Positions 60,053-64,000 of a stretch of 64,000 nucleotides of DNA are shown here, piece by piece. Source of the stretch: Candidatus Methanoperedenaceae archaeon (GTDB lineage: Archaea; Halobacteriota; Methanosarcinia; Methanosarcinales; Methanoperedenaceae); assembly GCA_963753595.1 (NCBI GenBank), contig CAVWCX010000024.1, positions 123,496 through 187,495 of the forward strand. The letters run 5' to 3'. Positions within the stretch are counted from its first letter, which is position 1. Each line of letters begins with the position of its first letter. Below the pieces are notes generated by a model that saw only the letters and a list, made by a program, of their open reading frames with translations, was not told the DNA's origin and did not search any database. The position numbers were made by a program, and so were the translations under genes.

Positions 60053-61399
60053 ATGGAAGAAGAGAAAAAGATACGCAAACCAAGAGGCATAGCTAAACTT
60101 ATCCCTGGAAAATGCATAGCCTGCGGAGCGCGCTGCCAGAGCGCCTGCCCGGAAGATGCCATCGAAATGAACGATAAGGGCGAGCCGGTGATCAATGTAG
60201 AGAAATGTATTGGCTGTCGCAGATGCGTAAAGATTTGTCCTGCAGAGGCCCTGGAGATGTTTTATACCCCCGAGGAACAGAAGATCCTTGCCCAAATAGC
60301 CGCGTCTGCAAAAGGAACTGACACAAAAGAGTTAAGTATCGAGGAAGCAGCAGCTGCAGCCGAGATAAAAGAATACAGGGGGGTATGGGTCTTTGTGGAA
60401 CATACCGAAGGTGAGCCTGCCACGGTTTCATGGGAATTACTGGGTGAGGGCGCAAAGCTGGCTAAAACACTGGGCGTTTCGCTTTGCTCTGTTGTAATCG
60501 GCGACAAAGTTGAGCATCTTTGCCAGGAGTCTTTTGCTTATGGCGCATCTATTGTTTATTTACTGGATTCTACTGTTTTTCATTATTACCGGACCGAGAC
60601 TTATTATAAAGCCATCTGTTATCTTGTGAAAAAGTATAAACCTGAGATTTTATTGATGGGCGCCACAGGCCTTGGAAGAGACCTTGCAGGTGCAGTTGCC
60701 ACAAAACTCAATACTGGCCTGACCGCGGATTGTACAGGTCTTGATGTTGATGAAAAGGGATACCTGTTGCAGACACGCCCTGCTTTTGGCGGAAATATCA
60801 TGGCAACGATATTTACGGAGCGCACAAGGCCGCAAATGTCTACTGTAAGGCCACATGTGATGCTATTACCCTGTAAGGATACTTCGCATAAAGGAGAGAT
60901 AATCCGCGAATCTTTTTCGATCAAAGAAGATGATGTTGCCGTCAAAGTGCTGGAGGTTATTAAAGATCAGAGGGCAGAATGTGACCTGGCAGCAGCAGAA
61001 GTTATAGTTTCAGGAGGGAGAGGAATGCAGGGGAGTGAGAATTTCGGGATGTTACAGCAGCTTGCAGATGAGCTTGGCGGGGTAGTTGGTTGTTCCCGCG
61101 CTGTAGTAGAAGCGGGCTGGATGCCAGCAGAACGCCAGGTTGGACAAACCGGAAAGACTGTCAGGCCTAAAATTTATATCGCATGCGGCATCAGCGGCGC
61201 TATCCAGCACCTTGTAGGTATGCAGAGTGCGGATGTCATAATCGCTATCAACCAGGATAAAAACGCCCCGATCTTTGAGGTTGCGACCTATGGTATCGTA
61301 GGTGATGTCTTCCAGATAGTTCCAGCCATTACTAACCATATCAGGGAATTACGTACAGGCACATGTTCTATATCAGAAAATATTCTCGGGAAGGAGTAA
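60053..61399 (+). CDS. etfA: electron transfer flavoprotein alpha subunit with N-terminal ferredoxin domain
   Basis: Two 4Fe-4S motifs; 'GLTADCT', 'RPAFGG', 'SGGRG', 'QVGQTG' and 'GISGAIQH'. Confidence 0.95.
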   Translation: MEEEKKIRKPRGIAKLIPGKCIACGARCQSACPEDAIEMNDKGEPVINVEKCIGCRRCVKICPAEALEMFYTPEEQKILAQIAASAKGTDTKELSIEEAAAAAEIKEYRGVWVFVEHTEGEPATVSWELLGEGAKLAKTLGVSLCSVVIGDKVEHLCQESFAYGASIVYLLDSTVFHYYRTETYYKAICYLVKKYKPEILLMGATGLGRDLAGAVATKLNTGLTADCTGLDVDEKGYLLQTRPAFGGNIMATIFTERTRPQMSTVRPHVMLLPCKDTSHKGEIIRESFSIKEDDVAVKVLEVIKDQRAECDLAAAEVIVSGGRGMQGSENFGMLQQLADELGGVVGCSRAVVEAGWMPAERQVGQTGKTVRPKIYIACGISGAIQHLVGMQSADVIIAINQDKNAPIFEVATYGIVGDVFQIVPAITNHIRELRTGTCSISENILGKE

Positions 61400-61402
61400 T
61401 TT

Positions 61403-63379
61403 ATGTTGATTTACATCAGTACAATTGTTTTCGCAGCCGCTATAGTGCTTTTTTGCTGGAGTTGTTTCAGGCGATTTCGCCTCCTGTTGCTGGGCGGGGC
61501 AGAAAACCGCTTTGGCGATATCGGTAAGCGCATAGGAAGTGTGCTGTATTATGCTTTCGGGCAAAGGTGTACTGTTTCCCACGGATATCGTTTTGGCTGG
61601 AACCATCTTGTCCTTTTCTGGTCTTTCATGATACTATTGATAGCCAATACAGAATTCCTGCTTGAGGGACTGTTCCCGGATTCCATAAGTTTCTCGCTGC
61701 TTCCTGCCAGCGTGTATCATCCACTGGCTGTTTTGATCGAGATAGCATCAGTTCTTGCCCTGCTGGCGGTTTGTATTGCGATGATCCGCCGCCTGGTGTT
61801 CCCTCCTTCTTACATTGAAGCAAGAAGCAGGGACGCGTTTATAATTCTTGGCCTGATCGCTTTACTTATGATCGCCTTTTTCGGCCTGCATGCCAGTGAG
61901 ATCGCACAGGGTAGTGAAGCAGCGGCTTCTTTTATGCCTGTATCTAAATTTGTAGCTTCTACTTTTTTTTCGAATGTTCCGGCAGGAAGCCTGAATGGAT
62001 ATATCGAGACTTTCTGGTGGCTCCATGCAATTGTGCTGCTGGGTTTCCTGAATTATCTGCCTTACAGCAAGCACATGCATATCCTGACAGGTATCCCGAA
62101 CGTCTATTTCAGAAGCCTCACGAAGGTCAGCACACAGCCCAGGGAAGATTTTAAAAAGGGTAATGAATTCGGTGTGGGCCAGATAGACCAATTTACATGG
62201 AAAGGCTTAATTGACTCATATTCCTGTACCGAGTGCGGCCGCTGCTCGGATAATTGTCCGGCTACAAATACAGGTAAGATGTTAAATCCCAGGCTCGTAA
62301 TCCATGATATTAAAGTCAACCTGTTAACAAATGGGCCAAGGATCTTGAAAAATAAGGACACGATATTGCCTTTGATCCGTGGGGGTATGGAAGGTAGTGT
62401 TGCACCTGAGGTTCTCTGGGACTGTACAACCTGCGGGGCATGCATGGAAGTTTGTCCCGTGTTCATTGAGCATGTTCCTAAGATCGTTGATATGCGCCGA
62501 AATCTCGTAGAAATGAACGCAAAAGTACCTGACGAATTACTGTCTCTTTTTGAAAATACAGAACAGCGAAGTAATCCCTGGGGCATTGTACCGGGAGATC
62601 GTGCGAAATGGGCCGTAGATTTGGATGTCAAGCCTTTTGAGACAGGTAAGACCGAATATTTATTTTATGTTGGATGTTTTGGCGCATACGACGCACGCAG
62701 CAAAAAAGTATCCCAGGCAATATCAAAGATCCTGAATGCAAGCGGTATTTCCTGGGGTATCCTGGGAAAAGACGAGTTGTGCTGCGGAGACAGCCTGCGC
62801 CGTCTTGGTAATGAATATGTTTTTGACCGGATGACCCGGGAAAATATTAAGATATTTAATGATAAAGGCATTAAGAAAATCATTACCCAGTGCCCGCACT
62901 GCTATAATACGCTGAAAAACGATTATCGGCAGTATGGCGTGGAATTAGAAGTAGTTCATCATACTGAGTTTATAAATGATCTCATGAAATCGGGTAAACT
63001 GAAGTTGAATGACGCAAAAGATCATGGAAATCTCGTGTTCCATGATTCATGCTATCTGGGACGATATAACGGAATATACGAAGCGCCGCGAAATATTATT
63101 GCCTCGGTAACAGGCCGTGCGCCAATCGAAATGGAACGCCGCAATGACAGGTCTTTTTGCTGCGGCGCGGGAGGTGGACGAATGTGGATGGAGGAAAGCA
63201 CTGGTAAACGCATCAATGTTGAGCGTGTCGAGGAGGCAATGAAAAAATATCCCGGAACGATTTGCGTTAGTTGTCCATATTGCATGACCATGTTTGAAGA
63301 TGGTATAAAAGATATCAAAGCCACTGATAAAGTGCAGGTGCTGGATATAGCTGAAATCGTATGTGAAGCATTGAAGTGA
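61403..63379 (+). CDS. membrane-bound Fe-S oxidoreductase (FadF/EMO-like: cytochrome b-type TM region, 2x4Fe-4S, CCG domains)
   Basis: About 5 TM helices with His residues; 'SKH.H', 'CTECGRC...CP', 'CTTCGAC...CP', 'CCG', 'HDSCYLGR' and 'CCGAGGG'. Confidence 0.9.
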   Translation: MLIYISTIVFAAAIVLFCWSCFRRFRLLLLGGAENRFGDIGKRIGSVLYYAFGQRCTVSHGYRFGWNHLVLFWSFMILLIANTEFLLEGLFPDSISFSLLPASVYHPLAVLIEIASVLALLAVCIAMIRRLVFPPSYIEARSRDAFIILGLIALLMIAFFGLHASEIAQGSEAAASFMPVSKFVASTFFSNVPAGSLNGYIETFWWLHAIVLLGFLNYLPYSKHMHILTGIPNVYFRSLTKVSTQPREDFKKGNEFGVGQIDQFTWKGLIDSYSCTECGRCSDNCPATNTGKMLNPRLVIHDIKVNLLTNGPRILKNKDTILPLIRGGMEGSVAPEVLWDCTTCGACMEVCPVFIEHVPKIVDMRRNLVEMNAKVPDELLSLFENTEQRSNPWGIVPGDRAKWAVDLDVKPFETGKTEYLFYVGCFGAYDARSKKVSQAISKILNASGISWGILGKDELCCGDSLRRLGNEYVFDRMTRENIKIFNDKGIKKIITQCPHCYNTLKNDYRQYGVELEVVHHTEFINDLMKSGKLKLNDAKDHGNLVFHDSCYLGRYNGIYEAPRNIIASVTGRAPIEMERRNDRSFCCGAGGGRMWMEESTGKRINVERVEEAMKKYPGTICVSCPYCMTMFEDGIKDIKATDKVQVLDIAEIVCEALK

Positions 63380-63389
63380 TTCTAAGAGA

Positions 63390-64000
63390 TCATTTCAAAT
63401 ATACGATATTTTTTTCTACCAATCCATTCAAAAAGCCATTGCATTTAGAGTCAGCTTCAGTATAAGTGATGTGATATTTTTCTTTAATAAGGTCAATTAT
63501 TTCTGATATGGTAGATTTCCCATTACTATTATCCAGGATGTCCCTGGCAATATCAGAAATTGTAAAGATCCTGTTATTATCTATATCAAAAAGGACATTG
63601 ACTTTTTCTTTTTGAAGGTTTCCGGGTTTATTTCCTGTAAGGCCGGAATGGATTATCTGCGCCATGTTAAAATTGAAAGTCCCAATAAAGACTCCTTCAT
63701 TCAGGACAGGCTGGAAATCACTTTTTTTTGTAGATTTATTAGCGGTCTTTTTCCTGTTCTGTATCGCCCTGATCAATCCGGATAGATCCGCTACTTCGTT
63801 ATTAGATTTGTAATGGGCGATATAAAGGAAAAGATGTTCCCTGTCAAGATTGCTCCAGATAGGCAAATCCAGGTATTTATTGGCAAGTTTTGCATAGAAT
63901 TCCTGGATTACACCTTCGGTATCTTTTTTCGACAATCCTTTTGATATCTCGCAATCATACCATAAAGACAGGTCTAAGGCATCATCTTTGTATATTTTTA
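63390..64000 (-). CDS. C-terminal part of a protein ending in a PqqD/RRE domain (runs off the right edge)
   Basis: The frame stays open to the window edge (KIYKDDALDLSLWYDCEISKG-); tail 'FTISDIARDILDN.NG..TI.EI...I..KY....C..FL..L.EK.IV' is PqqD-like. Confidence 0.7.
   Translation of the reverse strand, partial: KIYKDDALDLSLWYDCEISKGLSKKDTEGVIQEFYAKLANKYLDLPIWSNLDREHLFLYIAHYKSNNEVADLSGLIRAIQNRKKTANKSTKKSDFQPVLNEGVFIGTFNFNMAQIIHSGLTGNKPGNLQKEKVNVLFDIDNNRIFTISDIARDILDNSNGKSTISEIIDLIKEKYHITYTEADSKCNGFLNGLVEKNIVYLK

Noticed and set aside
497-63324. Numerous short ORFs antisense or out of frame within larger genes (e.g. 606-884, 21738-22142, 47754-48290, 62104-62631)
   Set aside because: Shadow ORFs overlapping well-supported genes, with no motifs of their own
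1-64000. CRISPR array, tRNA or rRNA genes
   Set aside because: No regularly spaced repeats or tRNA/rRNA consensus seen by eye; the long repeats are all IS copies or paralogous genes

Overview
Archaeal chromosome segment from a Methanosarcinales-type organism. The ycaO-tfuA pair, psmB-aCPSF1 and rps15-DHH-pcc1 point to this order; Ca. Methanoperedens is my best guess, by inference only. Bases 1-33 kb hold an AT-rich surface-glycan and cell-envelope island: glycosyltransferases, AsnB amidotransferase, DUF354, flippase, pyruvyl transferase with an FrhB-like protein, WecB, WbpD/WbpE-like enzymes and secreted LamG/beta-helix proteins. The island contains many pseudogenes and IS elements, including a three-element nest at 18154-21410 in which an ISA1214-like element carries an IS481 and a second copy of its own family. 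Bases 33-40 kb are an accessory patch (IS4, lipoprotein, split RNase III-like gene, DUF2283, Cys-rich protein, methyltransferase). Bases 40-51 kb are core genes plus a highly self-complementary ~270-nt intergenic RNA candidate (45141-45407). Bases 51-64 kb hold a stand-alone CooS, another IS, an AAA ATPase, a HAD hydrolase, a methyltransferase, an operon for a bifurcating-type ETF with fused ferredoxin plus a membrane Fe-S oxidoreductase, and the end of a PqqD/RRE-tailed protein. No tRNA, rRNA or CRISPR array was seen. All family calls come from motif recognition by eye, without database searches.
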